64,000 nt of DNA from an uncultured Bacteroidales bacterium (GTDB lineage Bacteria > Bacteroidota > Bacteroidia > Bacteroidales > Muribaculaceae). Of the stretch, positions 27,442 through 38,248 are shown piece after piece. The stretch is from NCBI GenBank assembly GCA_902782465.1, contig CACZNH010000007.1:53687-117686 (forward strand), read 5' to 3'. Positions within the stretch are counted from its first letter, which is position 1; each line of letters starts with the position of its first letter. The position numbers were made by a program, and so were the translations under genes. The notes beneath the pieces were generated by a model. It was given only the letters and a program-made list of their open reading frames with translations. It was not told the origin of the DNA and made no database searches.

Positions 27442-28578
27442 ATGATTAACGTTTTTCATATCGTTTCCAACAAGCACTGGACCGGTGCAGAGCAATATAC
27501 CTATGACCTGGTGGACCGACTGCGCAACGACCCGGACTTCTATGTCGAAGTCGTCTGCCGCAAGCGCCCTGTCGTGCTCAAGCAATACCGGCGCCTGGAA
27601 ATCCCCGTCTCCATCCTCCCGCTCAAGGGCGTGACCGACATCGACTCGCCCGTGCGTTTTGCACGCCTGCTGCGCAAGGGGCAGAACATCATCCACGTGC
27701 ACAGTTTCAGGGATGCCTTCATGGCTGTGATGGCACGACGCATCAGCGAGAACCGCGACACACGCGTGGTGGTAAGCGTCCACGGCGTTTACAAGCCCAA
27801 GAAGAACTACATGTACACCAAGCTGTACAAGTCCATCGACTGCTTCGTGTTCTCGTCCGAGATGGCCCGCGACGCCTTTCTGGGTAAGGCCAAGAAGCAG
27901 TATGCCGACCGTGGCATCGTGCTGCGCGACAGCGTGTGCGACAGCCAAATCGGCACCGAGGTGCCCGACCTGCGCCGTGAACTGAATCTTGACAGCCACC
28001 AGGCACTCATCATGTACCACGGCAAACTTGCCCCGGAAAAAGGCTTAGACACGCTTCTGAGCGCGTTAACCCATGTGGATAAGGCCAAGTACCACCTCGC
28101 CATCATCGGCGACGGACAGCCCAAATACAAGGCAAGAATCAAGGGTTTCATCGTTGCGAGCGGACTCGTGCATAACGTGTCGCTGCTGGGCTTCAGGGAC
28201 AACATCCTGGAATACCTGCGTCAGGCCGACTTCGGCGTGCTCCCCTCTATCAATCCTGAAGCACTGGGTATCAGCAACTTGGAATATATGATGGCTGGCA
28301 AGGCGCACATCTGCAGCAACAATGGCGCCCAGCCCGAGTATGTGAGCAACGGCGTCAACGGCATCCTCGTGTCTCCCGGCGATGAGCAGGCGCTCACCGA
28401 TGCCATCAACCACCTCATCAACGACACCGCCGCCCGCTCACGCATGGGCACCCAGGCACAGCGCGATTTCCAGGAGAACCTCGACTATCCCGCCTTCTAC
28501 AAGAAGATGACCGACCTGTACCGCAATCTCCTCAAGACCGCGCCCGTAGTCGATATCGACATCCCCACCGAGGAATAA
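27442..28578 (+). CDS. Glycosyltransferase family 4 (GT-B, group 1)
   Basis: I prefer ATG 27442 (MINVFHIVSNKHWTGAEQY) to the TTG track start. The C-terminal donor-binding region is LPSINPEALGISNLEYMMAGKAHICSNNG. Confidence 0.8.
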   Translation: MINVFHIVSNKHWTGAEQYTYDLVDRLRNDPDFYVEVVCRKRPVVLKQYRRLEIPVSILPLKGVTDIDSPVRFARLLRKGQNIIHVHSFRDAFMAVMARRISENRDTRVVVSVHGVYKPKKNYMYTKLYKSIDCFVFSSEMARDAFLGKAKKQYADRGIVLRDSVCDSQIGTEVPDLRRELNLDSHQALIMYHGKLAPEKGLDTLLSALTHVDKAKYHLAIIGDGQPKYKARIKGFIVASGLVHNVSLLGFRDNILEYLRQADFGVLPSINPEALGISNLEYMMAGKAHICSNNGAQPEYVSNGVNGILVSPGDEQALTDAINHLINDTAARSRMGTQAQRDFQENLDYPAFYKKMTDLYRNLLKTAPVVDIDIPTEE

Positions 28579-28628
28579 CACCCGCAGTTGTCGCTGCCGT
28601 CATCGTATCGCGAGCAGCTGGCTCGCAC

Positions 28629-28671
28629 AAAAAAAACGCCGCCGGGGCTCTTGCCTCGGCGGACGTTTTTT
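28629..28671. terminator. Bidirectional intrinsic terminator between the GT4 and SusD genes
   Basis: An A-run, then the GC hairpin acgccgccg...cggcggacgt, then a T-run (tttttt). Confidence 0.6.
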
Positions 28672-28699
28672 AAATCAGATAGGGTAGGGGACTACTCTA

Positions 28700-30679
28700 T
28701 TACTGGATGTAGCTAAAGTACTCCTCATCGGTTGCGCAATCCCACCATACGGGCAAGCTCCAGATGTAGTTCTGATTAGCATTCTTATTCACCAACAGAG
28801 CCTGAGTCTCGTTGTAGGTCAACTCGAGGGTTGCGGGCAGACGCCAGCGGCGGGGCCAGTACTGGACATCATTCTTGTTGCTGCCGGGCAGTACGGACTG
28901 ACCGGTGAACATGGCAGGATGATCCATACCAGGATATACTACACCGAAGTTGCCAACATTACCAGCGCTATAGTTGAAGCGACGCATATCGACATAGATC
29001 TCAGAGCAGCAGCCAAGTGCTACATACTTCTGGAGCATGATGTCGCTCATGGTGAGGTCACTGGCATTCTGACAAACAGCAGCACTGTTCATATAGGCAG
29101 TAATCTTGGCATTGTCCATGGGAGTTAAGATAAAATTGGTATAACCAGCACCTACATAGTCGTTGGCCTGAGCCTGAATGTCATCTATACTTGCCTGGAT
29201 GCCAGCCTTGTAAGCGGCAAGTGCACCAGCCTTATCACCCTTACGGAAGAGCACCTCGGCCTTGATGAAGCAGCACTCGCTGTAGGTCATCAGGTCGAAC
29301 GGGCTCATGGGCTGTACCTGGAAGATACCCGTAGAGCTTGCACCAGCGTCGCGGGCGGTGGTGAGCTGGAAATGCCAGTAGGTGTCCATGGGATTATGGG
29401 CATTACCCGTGAGGGTAGAGTTGGCACGCAAGTTCACATAAACCGTGTCGCCGGCAAGAATATAGTTGGTGCTGTTGACATAGAGTGAACCGGGAGCATA
29501 GGTTACAGTGACTTTCTCACCATCGACGCTGACTGCGTGGTTCAGCTTAGCCTCGGCTACAAACTTAGCGCGGGCATCTTCATTCTTGATCTCATAGGTC
29601 AGATCCTTGCTCACGTTAGTCCAAGTGGGAGCGCTGATTGAGAAAGCGCCACCGGCATGCAGACGTCCATTGGCATCGTTGATGATATCAACAGGCTGCG
29701 AGCGCATCCAGATGGCGTCGGCCACGTTGCCATTGGCATCCAGCCTCATATTGGTCATCACCCAGGGGATATCCTTGTCGGCACGGGGATCCTCAACACC
29801 GGCACCACGCATGTTGGTGAGCAGATCATAGTGATACTTCGACATGCGCTGGTTGCTACCATAGGCCAGGTAGTTCCAGTTACCGTTGGTCATCACGGGG
29901 TCACCCATGAGGTAGTCGGTAACATCGCTGCCCGAGTTGTAGCAAGTGAATGCGAGGTTGTCGTTGTTGTTCTGCGGACCCTTAGCCAGGCAGTCAAGGA
30001 TCATGTCGGGATTGAACTCAGCCTTCTTGGAGATACGGAGCAGGTAGCGGGCCTTCAAGCCATAAGCGAGCTTGAGCCACTTGTTCACATCACCGCCGGC
30101 GATGTCACCGCTGCTCAAGGGCACTGCGGTGGCTGACTGCGGAGTCTGCAGCAACTCGATAGCGCGGTCAATTCTTGCCAGGCAGCCCTCGTAGATGACC
30201 TTACCATTGTCGTAGGAAGGAACAGCCGAAGCGCCGAGTGCCTCGGTATAAGGCATCTCGCCATAGAGGTCAAGCATGTCCATGAAGCCGTAGGCATAGA
30301 TGAGTTCGGCCACACCCTCGTAGTGGGTAGCACCGTCCTTCTGAGCCTTCTCGATGATGTCGGGCAGGTTGGCTGCGCAACCTACAAACCAGCTCTGATA
30401 AGGCGTAGTCGTCGAACCACCGCCAAATTCCCAGTCGCCACATCCCAGGTTACCAGTTGTGGAATAGAACACGCCGATGTTGCACGACGTGCGCATGTTC
30501 ACGATACCATGCTCATACATGAACCAGCGCTCAATCCAGGGGAGGCGGTTCTCGACCAGCGCGCTCTTGTTGTTAGGGCTGTCGGGGTCGGTATTCACAT
30601 CGAGCCAGTCGTTACAGGATGCTAGGCCGAGCGAAGCGGCAAAGCATGCCAGTGCGATGAAATATTTTGAAATTTTCAT
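28700..30679 (-). CDS. SusD/RagB-family outer-membrane lipoprotein
   Basis: Lipoprotein signal LGLASC, 659 aa, immediately downstream of a SusC gene. Confidence 0.85.
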   Translation of the reverse strand: MKISKYFIALACFAASLGLASCNDWLDVNTDPDSPNNKSALVENRLPWIERWFMYEHGIVNMRTSCNIGVFYSTTGNLGCGDWEFGGGSTTTPYQSWFVGCAANLPDIIEKAQKDGATHYEGVAELIYAYGFMDMLDLYGEMPYTEALGASAVPSYDNGKVIYEGCLARIDRAIELLQTPQSATAVPLSSGDIAGGDVNKWLKLAYGLKARYLLRISKKAEFNPDMILDCLAKGPQNNNDNLAFTCYNSGSDVTDYLMGDPVMTNGNWNYLAYGSNQRMSKYHYDLLTNMRGAGVEDPRADKDIPWVMTNMRLDANGNVADAIWMRSQPVDIINDANGRLHAGGAFSISAPTWTNVSKDLTYEIKNEDARAKFVAEAKLNHAVSVDGEKVTVTYAPGSLYVNSTNYILAGDTVYVNLRANSTLTGNAHNPMDTYWHFQLTTARDAGASSTGIFQVQPMSPFDLMTYSECCFIKAEVLFRKGDKAGALAAYKAGIQASIDDIQAQANDYVGAGYTNFILTPMDNAKITAYMNSAAVCQNASDLTMSDIMLQKYVALGCCSEIYVDMRRFNYSAGNVGNFGVVYPGMDHPAMFTGQSVLPGSNKNDVQYWPRRWRLPATLELTYNETQALLVNKNANQNYIWSLPVWWDCATDEEYFSYIQ

Positions 30680-30698
30680 AGTCTGAAATAATTAATTG

Positions 30699-33600
30699 TT
30701 AGAACGTAACATTTACACCAAATGTGAAGCTGGAAACGGCGGGAACGCTGTTCCAGTCGATACCCACGGCACCCGAACCACCGGTACCACCAGCGGTGCT
30801 GACCTCAGGATCCATACCCTTGTAGTTGGTCCAGGTGAACAGGTTGGTGCCCGTAACATTGAGGGCGAGACGCTTAACCACGTTCTGCTTGTTGGCAATC
30901 AGACGGGTCAGGTCATAGGTGAGCGAGAGCGAGCGCAGCTTCAGCCAGTTGACGTCGGTGATGAAGTTGTAGCTGTTGCTGGCGTAGTTGCTCCAGTAGC
31001 GCTGGATCATGTTGCGGCCCGAATAGGTCGTACCATTGATCACGTAGTCCTGATCGGCATAGTAGGTCTGCTCAAAGTCCTCACCAGTGTTCCATACCTT
31101 ACCCTTAACGGTAACCGACTCACGGTTGTTGAGGGTGGTGATTTTGCTCAGACCGTTGGAAACCATGCTGTACTCGGTACCGTTGTAAACGGCGCCGCCA
31201 AAGCGGAAGTCGAGCAGGAACGACAGGGTGAAGTCCTTGATGCGGAAGATGTTGTTCAGACCGCCGATGAGCTTGGGCTCACGGTTGGCGACAACCTCGT
31301 TGCTCGATGAATACAGGTAGTACAGACCGGTGGTGGGGTCAACGGCATAGATGCCAGATTCCTTATCCTCGATGGGGTTCTTCTTGGCGTCATCCGAGAA
31401 TTGAACTTCGCCACCCTCCATCAACGGAGCATACTGGAAGCGCGAACCTACCATGGCCATGAACTTGCCACCGTTGGGTACCGATGCCGAGCGGATGGTA
31501 CCGAACTGAGCATCAGTCGGGTAGAACATACCCACGCCATCCAGGAAGTCACCCAGCTTGCCGCGGTTGTAAGACATGTTCAGGATAACATCCCAGTCAA
31601 AGTCGGCCGACTGGATAGGACGGGCGTTGATGGCAATCTCCATACCCTGGTTGATTACCGAACCCGAGTTGATCGAAGCGAAGATGTAACCGTTGGCATT
31701 AGACAGACGCGGTGAAGCGATCTGGTTCTTGGTCGAGCTGTGGTAGTAGGTCCAGTCAAGACCCAAGCGGTTGTTGAAGAAACGCAGCTCGGTACCAACC
31801 TCCCATGCGGTCTGGATCTCGGGTTTCAAGAACATGTTACCCTGATAGTACTGGTTACCTACACCCTGGAACTGGCCGTAAACCATCGGGTTGTTAAGAT
31901 AGGTGAGGGTTGCATACACATTGGCATCCTTACCAACCTGTGCCCACGATGCGCGAACCTTACCGAACGACAGGATGTCGTTGTGGGGCATCAGCTCGGT
32001 GAAGACGAACGCACCGCTTACCGAGGGATAGAAGTAACTGCGCTCGTTGACGGGAAGGGTCGAAGACCAGTCGTTGCGGCCAGTCACAGTCAGGAACAGG
32101 GTGTTGCGCCAGCTGGCACGAGCCTCGCCAAAGAGGCTGACCATGCGCTTGCGGCTGTTGCTGTCCTTGAAGAACTGGTTGTCGTCGGACATGTTGGCGA
32201 AGCTGATGGTACCGGCAGTGATGAAGTTGTAACCCCAGTGGTTCTGGTTCATGCGCTTGGTATCATCGGTGCTGGTGCCCAGCATCAAGCCCAGATCCCA
32301 GTCGCCAAAGCCCTTGTGCCAATCACTCATGATGTTGGTCGACAGGTACTCATAGCGATAGTCGGCCTTGCTCAGACGACCATTCTGATAGAGCTCACGA
32401 GCTACCGAACCGGGAGCGATGTAGGTGTAGGCATCGGTGGTGTAGTTGTCATAGCCTACACGGCCGCTCACGGTCCACCAGTCGGCGATTTCAAACGAAG
32501 CGTGAACAGCGCCGGTGAAGCGGTGAGTCTTGTCATAAATGTTGTTCATGTTGATGATCCAGTAGGGATTCTCCTTATCATCGGCAAGAGACCAGATGCC
32601 ATCAAACAGGCGATACTTGCTACCATCCTCGTTGAGGTAGTGAGAAACGTCCTGATCGAGAGGCCAGGAATAAAGGGCGTTCATGGCACCAGTGCCAACA
32701 GGCGACTGCGAACCTTCCCACAAGCCACCCGAGGTAAGGGTCTTGTTGGTCTTGGCGATGCTGTAGGTAACGTTGGCGCCCACGGTCAAGCGACCATACT
32801 TCTGCTCACCATTGAAGCGAACGGTAGTCTTGTCATACTTGGTCTTGGGCACGATACCCTTCTGGTCATAGTTTGAAAGCGACAGGTAGAAGGTACTGTT
32901 CTTGGAACCACCGCTGATGCTAACGTTGTTGTCAAAGATAGTACCGTTCTGGAAGAAGTTACCGATGTTGTCATAGATGGTCTCGCCTGCAGCAAAGGGC
33001 TTACCCCATGAGCTGTAGGTCTGGTCGCTGAAGGCACCATTGGTCGCATAGGAACCACGGCCGAAGGTGGTCTGCACCTCGGGCAGCTTGTTGGCCCACG
33101 AGGTACTAACCTTGCCCGTGTAGTCCACGCGAACGGTACCCTCGGCACCCTTCTTGGTCGTGATGATGATAGCACCATCGGCAGCACGCGAACCGTAAAG
33201 AGCGGCAGCGGCGGCACCCTTCAGTACCGTCAGGCTCTCGATATCCTCGGGGTTGATATCCATCACACGGTTCGAGAACGTGGTGGCATTACGGGTAATA
33301 CCGTCCTGACCGGAGTTACCGAGCACGGTGGTCGAGTTATCATAGATGATACCATCAACCACGAACAGCGGGGTGTTGTCACGGCCCTCACTGGTCGAGT
33401 TGGCACCACGGATGATGATGCTCGCACCGGCACCGGCGGCACCACTGTTCTGGGTAACGTTCACACCGGGAACCTTACCAGCCAGTGAGTTGATCACGTT
33501 GGTGTTCTTGTTGCGCATCAGTTCCTCGCTCTTGAGGTCGGTCACGTTGTAACCCAGTGCCTTGCGTTCCTTCTTGATACCCAAGGCGGTAACAACCACC

Positions 33601-33947
33601 TCGTCAAGCAGCTGGTTGCCAGCCTCATAGTTGATGTCCATCGTGCCGCTGCCCACGGTAACCTCCATGGGTTTGCTGCCCACGTAGGAAATCACGAGGA
33701 CGTCGCCACGGTTGGCGTTGATCGAATACCTGCCGTCAACATCGGTGGCGGTACCGCGGTTGGTACCCTTGACCTTAACGGTCGCACCAATGAGAGGCTC
33801 TCCTTGTGCGTCACGTATGACGCCAGTTACTTTGTTGGCCTGAGCAACAGCTGTGAAACCCGTGCTGGGAAGCGAAGTCATCCCGGCGGGTGCTCCACAA
33901 GCAATCGCGAGTGCAGCCAACAGTGCTAATTGTTTTTTCATACGCAC
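30699..33947 (-). CDS. SusC/RagA-family TonB-dependent outer-membrane transporter
   Basis: Signal peptide, CarboxypepD_reg-like N-terminal domain (GVIRDAQGEPLIGATVKVKGT..GTATDVDGRYS), plug (DEVVVTALGIKKERKALGY) and barrel ending in ...FGVNVTF. Confidence 0.9.
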   Translation of the reverse strand: MRMKKQLALLAALAIACGAPAGMTSLPSTGFTAVAQANKVTGVIRDAQGEPLIGATVKVKGTNRGTATDVDGRYSINANRGDVLVISYVGSKPMEVTVGSGTMDINYEAGNQLLDEVVVTALGIKKERKALGYNVTDLKSEELMRNKNTNVINSLAGKVPGVNVTQNSGAAGAGASIIIRGANSTSEGRDNTPLFVVDGIIYDNSTTVLGNSGQDGITRNATTFSNRVMDINPEDIESLTVLKGAAAAALYGSRAADGAIIITTKKGAEGTVRVDYTGKVSTSWANKLPEVQTTFGRGSYATNGAFSDQTYSSWGKPFAAGETIYDNIGNFFQNGTIFDNNVSISGGSKNSTFYLSLSNYDQKGIVPKTKYDKTTVRFNGEQKYGRLTVGANVTYSIAKTNKTLTSGGLWEGSQSPVGTGAMNALYSWPLDQDVSHYLNEDGSKYRLFDGIWSLADDKENPYWIINMNNIYDKTHRFTGAVHASFEIADWWTVSGRVGYDNYTTDAYTYIAPGSVARELYQNGRLSKADYRYEYLSTNIMSDWHKGFGDWDLGLMLGTSTDDTKRMNQNHWGYNFITAGTISFANMSDDNQFFKDSNSRKRMVSLFGEARASWRNTLFLTVTGRNDWSSTLPVNERSYFYPSVSGAFVFTELMPHNDILSFGKVRASWAQVGKDANVYATLTYLNNPMVYGQFQGVGNQYYQGNMFLKPEIQTAWEVGTELRFFNNRLGLDWTYYHSSTKNQIASPRLSNANGYIFASINSGSVINQGMEIAINARPIQSADFDWDVILNMSYNRGKLGDFLDGVGMFYPTDAQFGTIRSASVPNGGKFMAMVGSRFQYAPLMEGGEVQFSDDAKKNPIEDKESGIYAVDPTTGLYYLYSSSNEVVANREPKLIGGLNNIFRIKDFTLSFLLDFRFGGAVYNGTEYSMVSNGLSKITTLNNRESVTVKGKVWNTGEDFEQTYYADQDYVINGTTYSGRNMIQRYWSNYASNSYNFITDVNWLKLRSLSLTYDLTRLIANKQNVVKRLALNVTGTNLFTWTNYKGMDPEVSTAGGTGGSGAVGIDWNSVPAVSSFTFGVNVTF

Positions 33948-34378
33948 TTTGCTATTAAGTTATTAAAAAATTAATATTTAATCATCAATATCTTATCTTC
34001 AACCGTATGGTTCACATGATTATTAGACTGCCTAAAGTGATAGGACATTTGCGCACGTGGCGCGCGCCCGAACCACTTAAGGAAAGGCAAATTTGCAAAC
34101 AAAAATTTACATGACCAAAAAAACGGGCGACGAAATTCTCTTTTACTACCAAAATCGGTAAATTTTGACAAAATTTTTTGATATCATATACTATTTTTCG
34201 GGGATTTTAACATTTACGATTGTAAAATTCAGCCATTTTCTTTGCCATTTCAAAAATTTTATAGAATTTTGCATTTTCTAAACTTCTTATTGAATGCGCA
34301 CATGCGCGTAAGCGGCAAATTGAGTAAAATAACATAACTGGATTAACAAATTTTATATTAACTAATTAAAACGTGCTT

Positions 34379-37300
34379 ATGAAAAGACATTTAGCTCTTT
34401 TGGGCGCCCTGTTGATGCTATGCGGCACTGGTTACCAGGCCCAGGCAACACCCGCGCCCCAGGTGTCGGCAGCAACCGCCACCAGCATTGTGACAGGCCG
34501 CGTTGTCGATGAACAGGGAGAACCCGTCATCGGCGCCAGCATTGTCGAGGTTGGAACGACCCGTGGCACATCGACCGATGTGGACGGTAACTTCTCGTTC
34601 AAAGCTAGCCCTAACGCTAAGCTTCAGATTTCATTCATCGGCTACAAGACCCAGACGCTGCGCGCCAGCAACGGCATGCGTGTTGTCCTTGCCGAGGATA
34701 ACGCCAAGCTCGATGAAATCGTTGTCGTAGGTTACGGTACGCAGCGCAAGGCCAACCTGACCGGTGCTGTTAGCACCGTCGATGTTGACAAGGTGCTCAG
34801 TTCCAAGTCCGAGACTGACGTCAGGAAGTCGCTGCAGGGTAACGTTCCCGGCTTGACCATCCTGAATGCAAACGGTGACATCAGCGCTGACCCCTCGATT
34901 GTAATCCGTGGTATCGGTACGCTGTCCAACAGCGGCGTTTCCAATCCGTTGTACATCGTTGACGGTGTGCCCGTTGAAAGCCTTGGTGACCTGAACCCCG
35001 CCGATATCGAGAACATCAGTGTCTTGAAGGATGCTGCTTCGACCTCGATCTACGGTACGCGTGCAGCCTTTGGTGTTGTATTGATTACCACCAGGACTGC
35101 CCACGTCAAGGACAACGTGAGGGTAAACTACAACAACAACTTCGCTTGGAGCCAGGCTACCACCTTGCCCGACTATCCCAACGTTCCCACCCAGGTTAGC
35201 GCCCTGAACGACGTGAACCACCGCATGGGCGTTGCATCGGAGCTCTTCGGTATGTACATGGACAGCGAGGCCTTCCAGAACGGTATCAACAACTGGATCA
35301 AGAAGCATGGCGACATCAAGGACAAATATCGTCAGATGGTCTATGGTGACGACTATGATGAGAACGGTTACTATGCCAACTGGGATGTGCCTGGCATCAT
35401 GTTCAACAACCATGCTCCCAGCCAGAGCCACAACCTGAGTGTAACCGGCAACTCAGGCCGCATCAACTTCTACACCAGCGTTGGTTACAACCAGAAGCAG
35501 TCTTTGATGAACTTCAACCCCGACAAGTTCCGCAAGTACAATGCCACCGCCAACGTTTCGGTGCGTGCTACCGACTGGTTGGAGTTGGGCACCCGCATCA
35601 GCTATGTTGACAGGACCTTTGAGACTCCTTACAAGCGTGGTGCAGGTACCTATCAGTACCTGTGGCGCTGGGGTTCGTTCTTCGGCCCCTACGGCTACTT
35701 CGTGGATCCTAACGACGGCAAGCAGTATGACGCCCGCACCATGATTGGTGGTCGCAACACCGGTGGTGACTGCTACTACAAGATGAACAACATGAGTCTG
35801 GGTGTGTTTGGCAAGATTTACTTCGGTTATGGCCTGAGCTTCAATGCCGACTACACCTTCATCAAGAGGACCACCAGGTATAAAGGTATCGGTCTTCCCT
35901 CGGTTGTTTACAACACTTGGGGTCTGAATCCTCAGGGTCCCGTGGACATCACGGGTTCAACCTTCATCGAGACCGACCGCAGCTTCGCCGAGAACCATGT
36001 TGCTAATGGCTACTTCGACTGGCACCGCTCATTCAACGATGTACACAACTTCAACCTGAAGTTGGGTGCTAACGTGGATAAGTATGATTATGAGTACCTG
36101 TACTACGAGCGCCACGGCATCCAGGACCTCAACATGCCTGAGCTGGCACTCTGCAACGAGGACTACAGCTATAGCCACAAGCACGACCACTGGGGCTCGG
36201 CAGGTTTCTTTGGCCGCATCAACTATGACTACAAGGGCATCTACCTGCTCGAGTTGAACGGTCGCTACGACGGTTCGAGCAAGTTCCCCAAGAAGGACCA
36301 GTGGGCATTCTTCCCCTCGGCTTCTATCGGTTATCGCATCAGCGAGGAGGCCTTCTGGGCTCCCATCAAGAACACCATCAGCAATGCTAAGATCCGTGCA
36401 TCTTATGGTATGATTGGTAACCAGGAGGTTGGTCAGTACATGTTCCTTGAGACCATGGCTAAGCAGACCAACACCGTGAGCTGGATTGGTAACGGCAACT
36501 CTAAGTATGATTACTTCTCGGCTCCCAAAATGGTTTCCGAATCCCTGACCTGGGAGAAAATCCACACCCTCAACGTCGGTCTTGACCTGGCCTTCTTCAA
36601 CGGCCACCTGAACGTGACCGCCGACTGGTTCCAGCGCGAGAACAAGGACATGCTTGCTCCCGGCAAGGCTCTGCCTTCGGTTATCGGTGCTAGCGCCGCT
36701 TGGGAGAACGCTGGTGACATGCGCACCCGTGGATGGGAAGTCAGCGTTGACTACCGCAACCGCTTCGGCAATGTTGATTTCTATGCTACCGCTATCTTGA
36801 GTGACTATAAGACCAAGATTACCAAGTGGGACAGCAACAACATGATCAACACCAACTACTCTGGTAAGGAGTATGGCGAGATCTGGGGCTTTGAGACCGA
36901 CCGCTACTTCGACTTCAACGACTTCAATGCCGACGGCACCTACAAGCAGGGTGTTGCCGACCAGACCAAGCTGCAGTCCAACGGCTTCGTTTACGGCCCT
37001 GGTGACATCAAGTTCAAGGACCTGAACGGTGACGGCGTCATCGACTGGGGTAAGGGTACTCCCGAGGACCATGGTGACCTGAAACGCATCGGTAACTTCA
37101 CCCCGCGCTATCAGTACTCACTGCGTCTGGGTGCTGCCTGGAAGGGCTTCGACGTTGACTTCTACCTGCAGGGCGTAGCTAAGCGCGACATGTGGACCCA
37201 GTCTGCATTCGTCATGCCGTTCATGCGTGGTGCTGACGCTATCTACGTCAACCAGACCAGCTACATCACCGAGGCTGACTATGCCGCCGGCAGGATTGAC

Positions 37301-38215
37301 CAGAACGCCGACTTCCCCCGCATGTGGGCTGGTGGCGCTGGCCGTGGTAACGCTTCGAGCGACATCCTCGATTTGGGTAAGTTCAACTTCTATCCCCAGA
37401 CCAAGTATCTGGTTAACATGAGCTACCTGCGCATGAAGAACATCACCGTGGGTTACACGCTGCCTCAGCACCTGACCCGCAAGGCCATGATCGAGAAGCT
37501 GCGCATCTATGCTTCGACCGACAATCTGTTCGACATCATCAATCACAACAACGGTACCGGTCTCGATCCCGAGATCAACACCGGTGTGGGTTCCTATGGT
37601 AACGGCGTTTGGGGCCGTACCGAGCCCATCATGCGCACCTACTCTTGCGGTCTGCAGCTGACCTTCGGTAGCAGCAGCCACATGAATGCACCCGTTTCTG
37701 GCGACGTTAGCGCCCTGAATGCTCAGATCAATGACCTGCGCAACCAGCTTGCTGACGTTGAGAACAGCTACAACGGCCGTCTGGGCGACCTCCAGAGCCA
37801 GCTCAACGCTGCCAACAACCGCAACGCCCAGCTGCAGAAGGACCTCGCCGCTTGCCAGAACAGCAAGAGCAACATGATTGACAAGTCGCTGCAGTACATG
37901 ACCGTACTGTGTCACTTCCCCGTGAACAAGACCAACGTGACCAATGACCAGCAGCCCAACGTTGAGCGCATCGCAGCTTACATGAAGAGCCATCCCGAGG
38001 CAACCTGCACCATCAACGGTTACGCATCGCCCGAGGGTCCTGCTGATCACAACATCAAGCTCGCTGAGGGCCGTGCCGCCAGCGTGAAGGATATGCTCGT
38101 GAAGAAGTATGGTATCGATGCCAAGCGCATCAATGCACAGGGTCAGGGCATCAGCAACATGTTTGATGAACTGAGCTGGAATCGTGTTTCGGTTTGCGAG
38201 ATCATCGTGAAGTAA
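34379..38215 (+). CDS. SusC/RagA-family TonB-dependent transporter fused in frame to a C-terminal coiled-coil plus OmpA-like domain
   Basis: ATG 34379 (MKRHLALLGALL) is preferred to the GTG track start. CarboxypepD_reg domain and plug (DEIVVVGYGTQRKANLTG) are present. The barrel ends in the canonical ...YSCGLQLTF at 37666. It continues without a stop for 182 aa: a coiled coil (LNAQINDLRNQLADVENS...) and then FPVNKTNV...INGYASPEGPADHNIKLAEGRAASVKDMLVKKYGIDAKRINAQGQG. Confidence 0.85.
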   Translation: MKRHLALLGALLMLCGTGYQAQATPAPQVSAATATSIVTGRVVDEQGEPVIGASIVEVGTTRGTSTDVDGNFSFKASPNAKLQISFIGYKTQTLRASNGMRVVLAEDNAKLDEIVVVGYGTQRKANLTGAVSTVDVDKVLSSKSETDVRKSLQGNVPGLTILNANGDISADPSIVIRGIGTLSNSGVSNPLYIVDGVPVESLGDLNPADIENISVLKDAASTSIYGTRAAFGVVLITTRTAHVKDNVRVNYNNNFAWSQATTLPDYPNVPTQVSALNDVNHRMGVASELFGMYMDSEAFQNGINNWIKKHGDIKDKYRQMVYGDDYDENGYYANWDVPGIMFNNHAPSQSHNLSVTGNSGRINFYTSVGYNQKQSLMNFNPDKFRKYNATANVSVRATDWLELGTRISYVDRTFETPYKRGAGTYQYLWRWGSFFGPYGYFVDPNDGKQYDARTMIGGRNTGGDCYYKMNNMSLGVFGKIYFGYGLSFNADYTFIKRTTRYKGIGLPSVVYNTWGLNPQGPVDITGSTFIETDRSFAENHVANGYFDWHRSFNDVHNFNLKLGANVDKYDYEYLYYERHGIQDLNMPELALCNEDYSYSHKHDHWGSAGFFGRINYDYKGIYLLELNGRYDGSSKFPKKDQWAFFPSASIGYRISEEAFWAPIKNTISNAKIRASYGMIGNQEVGQYMFLETMAKQTNTVSWIGNGNSKYDYFSAPKMVSESLTWEKIHTLNVGLDLAFFNGHLNVTADWFQRENKDMLAPGKALPSVIGASAAWENAGDMRTRGWEVSVDYRNRFGNVDFYATAILSDYKTKITKWDSNNMINTNYSGKEYGEIWGFETDRYFDFNDFNADGTYKQGVADQTKLQSNGFVYGPGDIKFKDLNGDGVIDWGKGTPEDHGDLKRIGNFTPRYQYSLRLGAAWKGFDVDFYLQGVAKRDMWTQSAFVMPFMRGADAIYVNQTSYITEADYAAGRIDQNADFPRMWAGGAGRGNASSDILDLGKFNFYPQTKYLVNMSYLRMKNITVGYTLPQHLTRKAMIEKLRIYASTDNLFDIINHNNGTGLDPEINTGVGSYGNGVWGRTEPIMRTYSCGLQLTFGSSSHMNAPVSGDVSALNAQINDLRNQLADVENSYNGRLGDLQSQLNAANNRNAQLQKDLAACQNSKSNMIDKSLQYMTVLCHFPVNKTNVTNDQQPNVERIAAYMKSHPEATCTINGYASPEGPADHNIKLAEGRAASVKDMLVKKYGIDAKRINAQGQGISNMFDELSWNRVSVCEIIVK

Positions 38216-38248
38216 TGTTTTATGAACTCAATTAAAACAGATATAATT

